A DNA stretch of 61,147 nucleotides, the filler included, from Sphacelaria rigidula (taxonomy: Eukaryota), in assembly GCA_964200075.2 (NCBI GenBank). It is 5 parts of 5 records of this genome, joined end to end, with 100 filler letters (N's around TTAATTAATTAA, not from the genome) between each part and the next. Parts side by side here need not be neighbours in the genome. Positions count along the whole stretch, not along the records: positions 24,501 to 36,650 come from CAXNAA020004077.1; positions 36,751 to 48,900 come from CAXNAA020004078.1; 3 more parts are not named here. One strand, 5' to 3'. Below the pieces are notes generated by a model. It was not told the DNA's origin. It was given only the letters and a program-made list of their open reading frames with translations, and searched no databases. The translations under genes were made by a program, and so were the position numbers. Shown one piece after another: positions 25,945 through 38,910 of the stretch. Each line of letters opens with the position of its first letter. Position 1 is the stretch's first letter.

Positions 25945-26720
25945 CGATTATGCTCCCGGACAAGTGCTAGTGATGGAGAACAAGCATCATGCGTAGCCAC
26001 TGGATCATACGGGTTCATCTGCCAGGGTCGAACCGAAAACGACTTTCCCGAGCAACCGATGGTGATGGACGCCTATTGTGTCATGTGTAAGATCACTGGC
26101 TAATGCTTTTTCATCTGACAGACTCAAATGAGCGAAGATGTCCCCGACCGAGTGCTGGTGCTGGATAACGATTGTCGCGTGTAAACTCTGTGCCTAGAAT
26201 ATTTTCACCTTCCAAGGCCTGAGTAAAGATGATGTCCCCGAGCAAGTGCCCATGGTTAACGACGAGTGTCATGTGTAAGGTCTCTTGCTGTTATTTGTCC
26301 ATCTGCCAGGGTGAAAAAATCATGCTCCCGGACAAGTGCTGGTGATGGAGAACAAGTATCATGCGTAACAACTGGATCATACCGGTTCATCTGCCAGGTT
26401 CGAACCGAAAACGACCTCCCCGAGCAACCGATGGCGGTGGACAACGAGTGTCATGTGTGAATGACTGGATCATATTTGCTCATTTGCCGGCGTCGAAGTA
26501 GACACGGCGTTCCCAAACGAGTGCCGATGATTTACGACGATTTCCGCATGAAAATCCACTACGTAATATATAATATATTCATCTCCCAGGGTCGGATGAT
26601 GGACGATGTCCCTGAAGGACAGCCGGTGGTTTACGACGATTATCATGTGATGATCGGGTACAATATTTTCCCCCGCGACGCGCGGGTTAGTGGCCATGTC
26701 CCTTTCATCTGCCTGGCGCT
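25945..26720. repeat. Degenerate tandem repeat, ~94-bp unit x~8, with a higher-order ~372-bp duplication
   Basis: catctgcc-like anchor at ~26016, 26112, 26206, 26300, 26388, 26481, 26580 and 26706. Positions 25947-26100 closely match 26319-26470. Confidence 0.7.
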
Positions 26721-27509
26721 CACTGAATATGGTGGTTATACATGAATGCTGATGGTGGACCGAGATCGAAATCTGTGAAACGCGAGGGAATGGGCATGTT
26801 CATGGACGTGTTGAAGTGTCACGACAAATCCGATAAGACTTCCAAGAAGACTTCCAAAAAGACTTCCAAGAAGACTAGAGTACAACAAACCGAGAAGACA
26901 ACCACAACGTCTACCCAATTATAGGCACCACGTTACCTCCTCCACTACGTTTTACCCAGAACAAGCGCACTCAACGGCATCACCGCCCCTGCCCGAAGAA
27001 CACACCGATAGCGATAAAGGGCACTCCCTCTCAGCTTCCCCCCCCCGCCCCTGCAACGCGCCTTATCAACCCTTTCCTGCTTGAGTACCGTACGCAAGGA
27101 GACTACATCAACCCTCCCGGAGCGGCCAAACCCTTGCATCGAGGGAAAGTTGCAAAAGCACCGTCCGCGGATCCAGATATCACATGCGCAGACCATAGCT
27201 GCCCCTCACTTTCTGTGGTACATACTATCTCGTACGATCCTGGCAAGAGTTTCCCTGTTGATGGCCTCATTGCATACATACCTCGTGAATGACTCGTGGA
27301 GAGTAAGTCAAGACCTTTACCGTCATGTTGGATAGCGTACGCACGTGCAAAGTCGGGAGGGAAATGTCTTGCTCGGGAGAGTTGAGAACTACGCCGCTAA
27401 CTTCTAGACATTGAGACAACCCAGCATACTTTCGCCTACAGTCAGCGTCATGGTTCTTCTCGTGTGGACCATCGGGCCCGACGTACATCCCGCTCGAGCA
27501 ACTCGTGTG

Positions 27510-27683
27510 TGGGGGCGTACTCGTTTGTTCTTGCCTTAGACGTTTGGCCGTTGACCACGCATCCCTTTCGATAGGGAGCACCGTTCCTACTCCTAATAGA
27601 GACACCTCCAACATTCCGGCGCTCCCTACGTCTCTTCCATCCATGACACAAAAATCTTCTACATATCTTATCCCCGTCTTGCA
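27510..27683 (-). mobile_element. LINE family A 3' fragment
   Basis: Reverse complement of the shared tail; flanked on both sides by gtgtggggg. Confidence 0.88.
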
Positions 27684-28292
27684 ACCGGCAACCCGTGTGG
27701 GGGTGGGGGCGACGCCAGCCGTTAGAGGTGTGCTTGTGGCCGTAGTTGGCCGTGTGGTGGAATTTTTATCCGTAGCCTGCGACCTTGAAGTCTTGCTCGG
27801 CGCTGTCGTGTGGAAGAACGTTCGTGGCCAGCGCTATTTGTAGAGACTTGGCCGAGGCAACATTTCGGTTGAAGCGGATACCACTGCGTACGGCGCGCTC
27901 TCGAACGTCGCGAGGGACGAGCACGGACGAGTGGATGACGGTCGAACCAGCAGGCAGCATTGACCGTTAGTGCGTTTCGCGCTTTTCCATGCAAAAGTGT
28001 GAAGCAGTATAGTATACGGACTACCTCGTGTGAGCTACGCTGGGAAACTGGGGTACATTGGTTTACACATAAGGAAATTCCGGCGTGCGCGTGTGGCAGC
28101 GCGCATGCAGAATCTGTGACTGCGGAACCTTATGCTACGATCGTGCGCGACGGACTGGCTCACCGGCTCTCATCCGTTCTTCCGGGCCAGCAAGGAGCAG
28201 GCCTTCCACAACGAAGCGGGCCTTGGGCCTGCGCGACGCATACTCAAAAACGCTCACGGTTGAGAATCTTGACGGACAGAAACTGAGTCAGT

Positions 28293-29478
28293 AGCTCTTG
28301 GTGAAACAAATAAATGACTCGAGTACACGAGTCATGGCTTGTGGTGAAGCAATGAATGGCTCCAGCACACGAGTCACTGCTCGTGGGTAAAAACCAAAAT
28401 TACTCGAGAAAACGAGTCATTACTCGTGCTCAAAAATAATTCGTATTTCGAGCACTCGAGACATTGCTTGTAGGGGGGAAACAAATGACTCGAGCACACG
28501 AGCCATTGCTCGTGGTTGAAAAAACGATGACTCAAGCACACGAGTCATAGCTCGTGGTTTTCAAAACTACTGACTCGAGTACACAAGCCATTGTTTGTGC
28601 TTCAAAAAATAGAATAATTCGAGAAGTGGAGTCATTGCTCGAGATGAAGAAATACATTGCTCCAGCACAATAACCATTGCTCGTGGTTAAAAAATTAATG
28701 ATCCGAGCAGTGGAGTCATTGCTCGTGGTTCGAAAATGAGTAGTTCGACCACTCAAGTCACTGCTCGTGGGGAACAATACGTGAGCCCGGCACACGAGCC
28801 ATTGCTCGTGGTTCGAAACATGAATAGCTGGGACACTCGAGCCATTGTTCGTAGGGGGAAAATAAATAACTCGAGCACACGGGTCATCGCTCGTGGCTGA
28901 AAAAACGATGATTGAAGCAAACGAGTCTGCGCTCGTGGTGGAAAAAATAAATGACTCTAGTACACGAGTCTGCGCTCGTGGTTAAAAAATGAATAGCTCG
29001 AGCACTCGAGTCAATGGTCGTGGTAAAGAAATAAATGACTCCAGTCTACGAGTCGGTCATTGCTCGTGATTAAAAAAATGAATAGCGCCAGCACACGAGT
29101 CTGTGCTCGTGATTGGAAAAGTAAATGACTCGAGTAAACGAGTCAGTGCTCGTGGTTAAAAAAGGAAACTGACTGGTCGCAATATTAAATGACTCGAGCA
29201 AAAGACTTACTACTCGTAGTGAAAAAATGAACGACTCAAGCGAGCGGGTCAATGCTCGTGGTGAAGAAAATCAATGCCTTGAGCACTCGAGTCATTTCTC
29301 ATGGTGAAAACATTTCATAGCTCGAGCACTCGAGTTATTGCTCGTGGTGGAAAAATAAATTACTCGAGCACTCGAGTCGTTGCTCGTGTGAAAACGATGA
29401 GTGACTCGAGCAAACGAGTCATGCTCGTTTTAAAAATAAATCACTCAAGCATACGAGTCATCCTCGGTGTTGAAAAAA
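28293..29478. repeat. Minisatellite, ~43-bp unit x~27, consensus ~AATGACTCGAGCACACGAGTCATTGCTCGTGGTTAAAAAAATG
   Basis: Unit anchors at ~28316, 28360, 28402, 28446, 28488, 28530, 28573 and onward. Internal palindrome AATGACTCG/CGAGTCATT. Confidence 0.92.
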
Positions 29479-29687
29479 ACACTGACGAATGCACTCGTTT
29501 CGAAGCAAGAAAAATGGTATTTACCACACTGAAACGTCCTAGACCAGTAACAAAAAAAACTGATCCACTTTCCTTGCGTCATGCCCCAGCGAGGTCCCAC
29601 ACAAAATTCCAACACACAAGTACCTACCTGGGTGGTAAGTGGTCCGCAATATACTTCTCCGAATTCCGACCGGCCCGGTTTTCAAAC

Positions 29688-29959
29688 GGCCCATCCGCAG
29701 CTCAATTTTTAGCGTTGGGCCTTAAAATTAGGTATGGACAACGAATAGGCCATAATACAAAAAACGCACGAATGGACTCAAAGCTTTGTTTTCCTTTCAT
29801 GAGTTAAAGACAATAAGCAGTTTTTAGGTTTAAGTAAAATGCCGTTAAGTCATGAAAACAAAAGTTTTTGGTCCACGCATACGTACTTTCATTATGGCTT
29901 ATTCGTTGTCCATACCAAATTCTAAAGTCCAACTCCAAATATTGAGCTGCGAATGGGCC
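29688..29959. repeat. Inverted repeat, ~120-bp arms with ~37-bp spacer
   Basis: ggcccatccgcagctcaat...ggtatggacaacgaataggccataat versus attatggcttattcgttgtccatacc...attgagctgcgaatgggcc. Confidence 0.85.
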
Positions 29960-31538
29960 TGCAAACTACAAATCCGCGTCTAGGCTGGCCCAATTCGTAT
30001 CGAGCATCACATCCACCAACCTAGCATGAATCGACCATTCTTTATTCTTCAAAGCGATTACAATTGGGGCATAATATCTACAAAGCGAGCACTGCTTTTG
30101 GTGAGAGTACGAGCGTAAAATGACGACTACACGAGGGTGATTAGGAGACCCCTACATCGCGCGGCAGCGCGAGTATGTTCATTAGTCCAAAAATAGCAAT
30201 GTCAACAAACGCCAGGCTTACCAAATGCCACATTCCGTGCTGAAAAAGATGGGGGCGCGTGGGTGGAGGGACTCGGAGGGTATGGCGTAGAAAAACGTAC
30301 GAACTTCATAACCTCACATCAGTGTTCCGCTGAAAAGCTTCAACACCTATTTCGTGCATATTTTTTGTAGTACCAGACAAGAGGTTGCACATCTATGAGT
30401 ACGGTAAAAAACGTTGGCTTCTGTTCTGAAATATTCACTGAGCGGTCGTTTTCAGAGTTTTCGGTTCATGTGTCGTATCCACCGTCCTCTCCTTCGGCCG
30501 CGTAGAGCTAGTTCACTTGGAAATTAGGCTAAACCTAACACCGATACATCGCACACATGTACTCACACGGGAACACTCTGTCGCCGAAACACAAGGATCA
30601 ACCATATGGGAGGAAATTGCCCTTTACCTACCACGGACTCACTCTTGGCATTCGCAAAACTGGCATATGCTCTTGTCGCATCGGCAGCGCTTGACGTTGG
30701 GGTCACGGTTAAAACTCCACCGCTGCAAGCCCATCGCCCGCACTTGTCGTTGCCAAGGCAAGACTTTCCTTCGCGTCCCCATGACGAATACTACGGAGTT
30801 GCCCTCGCGGTGGCATATAGAGCAGTGAAAATTTAAAGCTGCTGCTTCGCTGCGCTTGCCTTGACCACCTCTACCTGGGATGCGCCGCGCAGCAGTCGCT
30901 CGACGACCTCCCGTCGGCGCTCGTCCAAATTAGTCTTCGCCACCTGCAAGCGGCACCCGCCCAATCCCTTCTCGGCCGCCTTCCGCCGGCGCTCGGTCGA
31001 GCGAGTCTCTACCACTTGCTAGCCTGCCCACTCACACCTCGATCTGCCAGCGAGGCCCGCCCAGGCCAACGTCGGCCGGCTCCCGCCGGCGCTCGGCCAC
31101 CCCCCGCGGACGCTCGGCCGAACGAGTCCCTTCCAACTGTCACCGATGCCCGCCCACTTCCTTCTCGGCCACCTCCCGCCGGCGTTCGGCCGAGCGAGTC
31201 TCTCTCACGTGCCAGCTGCGCCCGCCCAAACCAATGTTGGCCGGCTCCCGTCGGCACTCGACCGCCCCCCGCCGACGCTCGACCGAACGAGTCGTCGCTA
31301 ATTTTCGCCGGCGCCTGCCCAACCACACGTCGGTCGCGTTCCGCTAGCTCTGGCCCAAATGAATTCACACCGCCTGCCAACGGCGCCAACCCAACGCCTA
31401 TTCAACCGTCTCCCGTAGGCGCTCGCCAAGGCGAGTCTCCACCGTCTGCCGCCCGTCTGCCGCCGACGCACTTCTGCTCCCTCGTCGGGGTGATGTATCT
31501 CGACGAGGAGCCGGTCTTGCCGTCCCGGCAGACCACAC

Positions 31539-31981
31539 AACACGGGATTTCACAAATTGAAGACGGGTTTTATATTGAGGATGAGTAACCCGGATAATTA
31601 AAATTTCGTATCCACACCAAATCTTCGAAATATGGTTCCATTTCTTCACTTACTGGTAGCTATTGACAACTACTCCACGCCATACGAACTTGGATTTCGA
31701 CAACCGTAATGTTGGGGTCCTAGGAGTAAAACTAATTTTGGGGAATTTCGGCGATCTGATCGAATCATCCAAATGCCCCAAAACTGTTTTTTCACGTAGG
31801 ACCCCAGCATGTCGGTCATCAGGATCCAAATTTGTGCGGCGTGTAGTAGTTGTCAATAGCTACCAGTAGGTGAAGGAATGGAACTATACTTCGAAGATTT
31901 GGTGTGGATACGAAGATTTTAATTCTCCGGGTTGTCATCCTAAACAAAAAATCCATCCCCAATTTGTAAAAATCCCGTGTT
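31539..31981. mobile_element. Foldback MITE (near-complete ~440-bp palindrome), possible 4-bp TSD ACAC
   Basis: aacacgggattt...aaatcccgtgtt. Internal arms pair throughout (e.g. tactggtagctattgacaactac/gtagttgtcaatagctaccagta). Confidence 0.85.
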
Positions 31982-32817
31982 ACACACCAGGCACAGGCAG
32001 TGACTGTGTTTACACGACGGCTGTAGCTGAAGCCGCCGTGCGCGATCAAGTTGGTCGCGGCCTCGTAGCTGCACATGCAAGTGCGGTCGCCAGCTGGCGA
32101 GTCGGCGGAAGGGTTCTTGTTTTCGAGGATGTCCATAACGGACTAATCGCGCCATGTGCAGTAGAAGCACGGTTGGTGCTGCTCATGGTTGCTCGCTAGG
32201 TCAGCGCGGAACGCACTATACCCGCACCTGCTCTGTGCCAACCTTTCAGAGCTCCAGCTACCACCCCGTATAGCGTGGGCTGCGCACAGGTATCAAACGG
32301 CTGTATCTTCGTGAAGTTGCGAACAATATGACACAGTCTGTTAACATATGATGCGGTACTGTACTGAACGTATCCCTTATCATGACGGCTGTATCTTCGT
32401 GAAGCTGCCTACACTACAATACAGTCTGTTGTCATACGGTGCGGTACTGTACTGTATTATCATACTCCATGGTGGTTGCCGGTCGGTAGTCATGTGCGGT
32501 CGGTTTCAAAAACGAGTCTCTGTACACAGTATAGTAACTACGACAAGACGGTAAAGGCTACTGCGAAATACGGTTCATGTGAAGCACAAATACTTTTGGT
32601 TTAAATACGTAGTGTAGGTCAAGTGGTAACCCGATCGTTATCCGATGGCTGTCCCGATGGCTGTCCGATTTTTTGCTGGAGTGGTTATCCGATCACCTGG
32701 TCTCATTTTCATCAGACACAATATCTTTCGTATCTTCCAGGCAAAGCATATAGCAAGGCACCGCTGCTCGACGACGGCAGAGGCAACTGAAACCGCACCG
32801 CACAACTCCGTACAGAA

Positions 32818-35800
32818 CAGTTAGATATGCCAATCGTGGCGAAAACATGGAGGACTTTTTTTCAAAAAGTGTGTAGGATCGCACAAGCCAATGAGATGAG
32901 AATGACCCGCCCAGTCGATCGGCAAAGAATTGAATGTGCCACCCGGTCGGTTGACGAAAGAAGCGCAGAAGGCCATCTGCACCCATGACACGCACACCTC
33001 CCTGCTGCATTACATCGCCCGTACGGTCTGTTCATCATTCATTTTCCGTCAAAACTGTGACAATGCAACACAGATGATCCACGCTGGGGGTGCCCGTCTG
33101 TATACTGCAGGTCGAGACAAAGCCGATCGAAAACGCACAGCACAGTGCAGCAGTACATTGCTTTGTATCACAGTTAGACGTGCTAATCGAAGCAGAAAAA
33201 GTGAATGGGCTGTTCGAGGACATCATAACGACCACAGACAAAAATCTCCCTTTTCCTTTCTTGACCTGGGATGCTCCGCCCAAATACAGTTTCTTTTACA
33301 ATCGAATCTCTTGACTGGTTGATCGCAGGCGCAGGCGACACCCTCCCTGTTTACACCCTACACCCTGTTGCTGGACATCCACACGCACCCTATAGCAGTG
33401 GCCTTGTCCTCCTGCTTTCACGGCGTACTCGTACCCTCTGATCCTGAAAACAAAATACTTCCTCTGTCTCAAAAGATAAGCCCGTTTGAAGGTTTTGCTG
33501 CATTTCTCGTGCGTATTTTCGGCTTTTCCCGAGCGTTGTTTTTTGTTGTTCTCGTCAAGTTTTGGAGCAGAACTCAAACCGAGACTTTTGCCAAGCCCCC
33601 AATAGACAAGCAGCTGCACTCACGGCGATCAGAGTGTGTCGGTCGTGCACAACCGGAATCTACTGGTTGACAGCCTTCCCATCGAGTTTTGGGGAAACAC
33701 TTTTTTTCATGGTTCCCGAGGCGTTTCGGAGAACTGCCCGAAACCGTCATTTTTCAGTCTGCTGCCACCACAGCACTATTTGAGCACCAAATCGGCCGTA
33801 CATACCGGATTCGGAGGTATACGCGCCCATCCCGGGGACAATATCATGTTTTCCCTGGAGGGTCTTCTTGTTCTCACGCGTGCCCCCAACACCTCGAAAC
33901 ACACTACCGTGGGTCTGAGCATCGAATAAAAGGTTATTTGTACCCCCCGTATCGCACATTGAGCCAAAGTTCTGCCAAAACCCTGGCTTTCCTTCGGAAA
34001 ATCTCCCTACGTAAGCCCTATTTGTGATTTTTTCACGCCGGGGATGATAACATGTGATCCCCTGGGGCTAATTGTTTTTTTTACACAATGGCAACCATAT
34101 GTGGAAGACATGTTGGAGGTCCGTATGTCGAGAACAACTGTATTGGTTACATTATCGCAATACTTCACCACGGGCTTATCAAATGAGATTTTCCAAACCG
34201 GCTTATCTTGTGGGACAGAGTAAGTATATAATTTCGGGCTTACTGACCTGACCGCGGAACGTGCCCTGAAATGGCCACTGCAGTATGATACATTGGGGTT
34301 GGGAGCACCCAACGCAACAATCGGCCCTCGAATCGCGCACGTAAGCGTGGAGAACCGCTCGAATAAACCCATCCCTCGATGGAGTATGTCCTTAGCAACG
34401 CATTGTCCTCAATAAATTCAAGTGAAAAAAATGACAGCCAAAAAGGGCTCGGGGGGAGACGTCTGGGGGCAGGTCTGAATCGGCCGCGGAGTAACTTTAG
34501 TTGGGTGAGTGCGCATGTGTAAGTATGATGCACTCTGATAGTTTCAGTTCAGAAAAGCGCCGCCGCTTGTGTACATACACAGCCGCACAACGAATCCAAG
34601 GTAACGAACATGGTGTGTACTGGAACAGACAACATCATGGGGACCGAATTATGCTCTCCTCTTCGTCTGTGGTGTTGATTGTATTTTCACTGCCATGCTC
34701 GCCGTACCGCCTCTATATCCTCCGTCCGCTGCGACTTGAGCTTATACCGGGAATACACGGACAAGTGTCGCAAACCCTCCACTCACCTCAGGGTCGGTCA
34801 AATGTTGTGTCGGCATACTTTTCACTTGAAAAATGGATGCAAAACCCAGATGACACAATCGGAGGTCGGAGAGTTCAATAGAGCCGGTAATTGTAGGAAG
34901 AGGCGACCGTCTCCAGAGATTTTTTACTTGGAAAATGAACGCAAGACATCGCCCTGGCGATCAAGCGTCACTTTCAGGGCGGACGGGAAGAGTGACGCTC
35001 TCCAAAGGAGTAATCCGATACCCGACGATACCCACAGAAGAAACGAGGAATACGGCGAGGGACACCGAGAAGATGACATTGTACTGTACTGCGCTGCACT
35101 GAACTGATAGTACTGTGCTGTGTGGTGCACTTCGGCTTTATCTATCTACACAGACGGCAGCCACCTCATGATGGGTCATTCGTGTTTGTATGGGCGTACT
35201 ATTTACTTCAAAAATGAATGCCCACCGCAACCCAAGGACCTTTTTCTGCAACTGGAGGCAGGAAGCAGGAAGGGATGACGATGTCGAAGGGCTTTGTGTA
35301 GTCTGATCCTCGGTGATACCCATAGACAAACGGAACGAACGCAACAGGTGGGAGAGGGAAGACAACACCGTACTGCAATATAAAGCAATGTACTGCTGCA
35401 CTGTGCTGTGCGTTTTCGATCGGCTTTGTCTCGACCTATGCAGACGGGCACCCCCAGCGTGGATCATCCGAGTTACATTGTCACAGTTTTGACGGAAAAT
35501 GAATGATGAACAGACCGTACGGGCGATGCAATGCAACAGGGAGGTGTGCGTGTCATGGGTGCAGATGGTCTTCTGCGCTTCTTTCGTCAACCGACCGGGT
35601 GGCACATTTACTTCTTTGCCGATCGCCTGGGTGGATCATTCTCATCTCATTGGCTTGTGCGATTTTCCGACAGGAAGATCCTGCACACTTTTTGAAAAAC
35701 AAATCCCATATATGTTTTGGCCTCGATTAGCGAGTCTAACAGTACGGTGTTGTCTTCTCTGTCCCACCCGTTGCGTTCGTTCCGTTTGTCTATGGATATA

Positions 35801-36516
35801 ACCTAGGATCAGATTACACGAAAGCCTCCGACACCGTCATCCCTTCCTGCCTCCAGTTGCAAAAAAAGTCCTTGGGCTGTGGTGGGCATTCATTTTTGAT
35901 AAAAACAGTACGCCCATACAAACACAACTGACTCATCATGAGGTGGCTGCCATCTATGGAAATAGATGAAGCCGAAGTGCACCATACAGCACAGTACACT
36001 CAGTACAGTGCAGCACAGCACAGTACAGAACAATGTTATCGTCTCTGTGCCCCCCGCCACATTCCTCTCTTTTTCTGTGGGTATCGTCGAGTATCGGATT
36101 ACTCCTTTGAACAACGTCATCTTTTCCCGCCCGCTCTAAAAGTGACGCTTGATCGCCAGGGTGGTGTCTTGTGTTCATTTTCCAAGTCAAAATCTCTGGA
36201 GACGGTCGCCTCTTCCTACATCTGGGTTTTGCATTCATTTTTCAAGTGGAGAATATGCCGATACAACATATGACCGACCCAGAGATGAGTGGAGGGTTTG
36301 CGACATTTGTCCCTGAATTCCCGACGTACAAGCTCAAGTCGCAGTGGACGGAGGCTATAGAGGCGGTACGGCGAGCATGGCAGTACCAATACAATCAACA
36401 CCACAGACGAAGAGGAGAGTATAATTCGATCACCATGATGTTGTCTGTTCCAGTACACGCCATGTCCGTTACCTCAGGTTCGTTGTGCGGCTGCGTACAC
36501 ACGCGGCGGTGCTTTC
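32818..36516. repeat. Compound inverted-repeat structure A(32818-33173)...B(34555-35375)-A'(35376-35739)-B'(35740-36516)
   Basis: B and B' are ~800-bp diverged reverse complements. The 364-bp spacer between them is the reverse complement of A. Confidence 0.88.
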
Positions 36517-38910
36517 CTCAACAGAAAATGTTAGAGAGTATCATGTTTAACAGTGTTTTCGTGAGATTGATAGTAGATGATAAGATTGAGAGTGAAAAGC
36601 GGTCAATCACTGAATGAATCGTTTCTGCTCTGAAATGCACTTCCACGAGGNNNNNNNNNNNNNNNNNNNNNNNNNNNNNNNNNNNNNNNNNNNNTTAATT
36701 AATTAANNNNNNNNNNNNNNNNNNNNNNNNNNNNNNNNNNNNNNNNNNNNGTCTGCTCCCTCATTCACCTTGCGTAGTGTACCACGTTCGAGTCGCTTGT
36801 CTTGCACCGTAGCGTCGTTGGCAAACCATATCCCCCCCCCCCCCTTCATCTTTTTCGTACTGGTTCGCCCCGTAGAAATGAATGGGGTCTTTCGATTGTT
36901 TACCGCTAGATATCCGGGATCCCAGGAGGGACGTTGCAGGACAAAAAAGGCCCTCCAACCCCCTCCTGGGACCGCGGATACCTGGCGGTGAAAAAAAGGT
37001 CGATAGACCCTATTCATGCAGCCCTTCTAAATATCTCAGAGCACCCGTATACAAAATTTTGGGGTGTAGCTCCAAAAAACGGCTTGAGCAACCGCTGAGC
37101 AGTAAATTCCGATCGCTCACCCTGAACCGGCTTGTACCCGAGACAAGACCAACACTGAAACACTTGCCGAAGAAAAGTGACGGCAAAAACGGTAGTGCAA
37201 GACGGACAATCAGAGTGGGCCAAGGACAGAAACGAAGCGAAAAATACAGCAGAAGAAAAAGTATGTGTAGAAATGGGCGGCCTCTGCCGAATGGCTTCCG
37301 TGGTAAGGTCTTCCGCAAAAGCCACACATATGCGCACTCGAATAAAAATGAAGAGTCGTGGGAACAGATTTCGGCTTATCTACTACGACCTCACTATTTT
37401 GTGCATGAATCCTCTCATCCATGAACCCTGCGGAAGCGAGGCGCTCAACTGTTTTGGCCTACACCGGCAGGAAAAGATACATACATGAAGAGGAAGCTGC
37501 AAAAAGGGAGAGCAGAGGAGAAGGAGCCCACAGAAGTGGTGGGAAAACACGAGTTTTTACAAAGGGGAGAGAGGTTTTCTTTGACGATGAGCGAGGCCAC
37601 ACATCACGGCCGGAGAATGCATTTGCATCTTCTTCGAAAATAGTACGATACTCATGGAGGTTTCCAGGACTCACGCTCAAGGAAAAATGCACCCGCAACG
37701 TGTAAAATCCCGTGATATATGATCTGCACTCACTCGATACATACAGACTGGTTGGGGGTGAACGCCCGAAGTTCATTCCTCAGGAAATATATTTCGCAAT
37801 ACTCGCAACCAATAGTCGCATGCATGGTATCATACGGACCGCCATGGGCAACCGAAAGAGGGTGACGTACTCGGAGTTTTCTTGAAGGCCGTAAGGCGAG
37901 CGCTAAGGCCAAAAATGTATTTCGACCAGTCAAAAGGCTTCAGGTTGTTCTGAAATTGAATATGCGATTTTCTAGCCCAATCTTCGCCCACTCTCCACAT
38001 GCTTCACACCATGGTAACCGCCATCAGCTCGGGAATCTCACGGAAATAATAGATTTGAACACGGTTTATACGGGATCAAGTTATACGCCAAAACTGCTGT
38101 GTTTCGGTGATGTGGAGTTGTGGCGTCGTGGGACTTCCCCTGACTTGCACCAAAGACCAGAAGGCCTCCGGAAGGATTCTCTTACATCTATTTAAGAAAA
38201 ACTCAGATCGCCCTCGAACTTGACACTTCGGTAGGTATTACTGCTCCAAATGGAAAAACAAAATGGTTGCAAAATATTTCAAATTTTCTCTGCTCTTCCA
38301 CCGGCTTCCGGGGTCCAGGCGTGGAGGCCCCCGGAAGCCGGTATACAACGCCTCAGCGAAAAAGACACGTCCCGGGATTTCGTCATGAATGGCCTAAGGT
38401 ACATGTATGTACATTATCAGAGTCTTAACTTCAAACCCCGGCCCGAGGTTTTGCGGATGAGTGCATATTTGGCGCTCACCCTGAACTAGCTTGTAACCGA
38501 AATTACTTATGGGACAGAAGAGTTTGTAGATAGTGCAATAGGTTGGTTCGTCACACGTCCAACCCCTCTCCTTGCTCGACACGAGTCCGCCGTCTCACGG
38601 GATCAACTCCTCTCTTCCCAGGTACAAGCACACGCCCCACGTCTCCGTGATATCGGGCATTCGATCAGAACTCTCGCACCTCTTCGACTATCGTCGAACT
38701 TTGTTTTGCTACTCGCGTCCAAACACTTTCAATGGCGGAAGTCAGGTGCTTGGGAGGCAAGACCCAAACCAAATGCACCTGGTGGGAATCGAAGCTGCTA
38801 CGTTCTTTCCTACCTTGCGGAGTCAGTATTACCACCACAAGGCTACCGGAGCGCGGAGGTGGCTGTATTCTGGAAAAGGGTTGAGGTAACTACATAGGTA
38901 GAAACGAAGA

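Noticed and set aside
28293-29478. CRISPR array
   Set aside because: Linkers are only ~10-13 nt, A-rich and mutually similar. The repeats are degenerate, there are no cas genes, and the context is eukaryotic.
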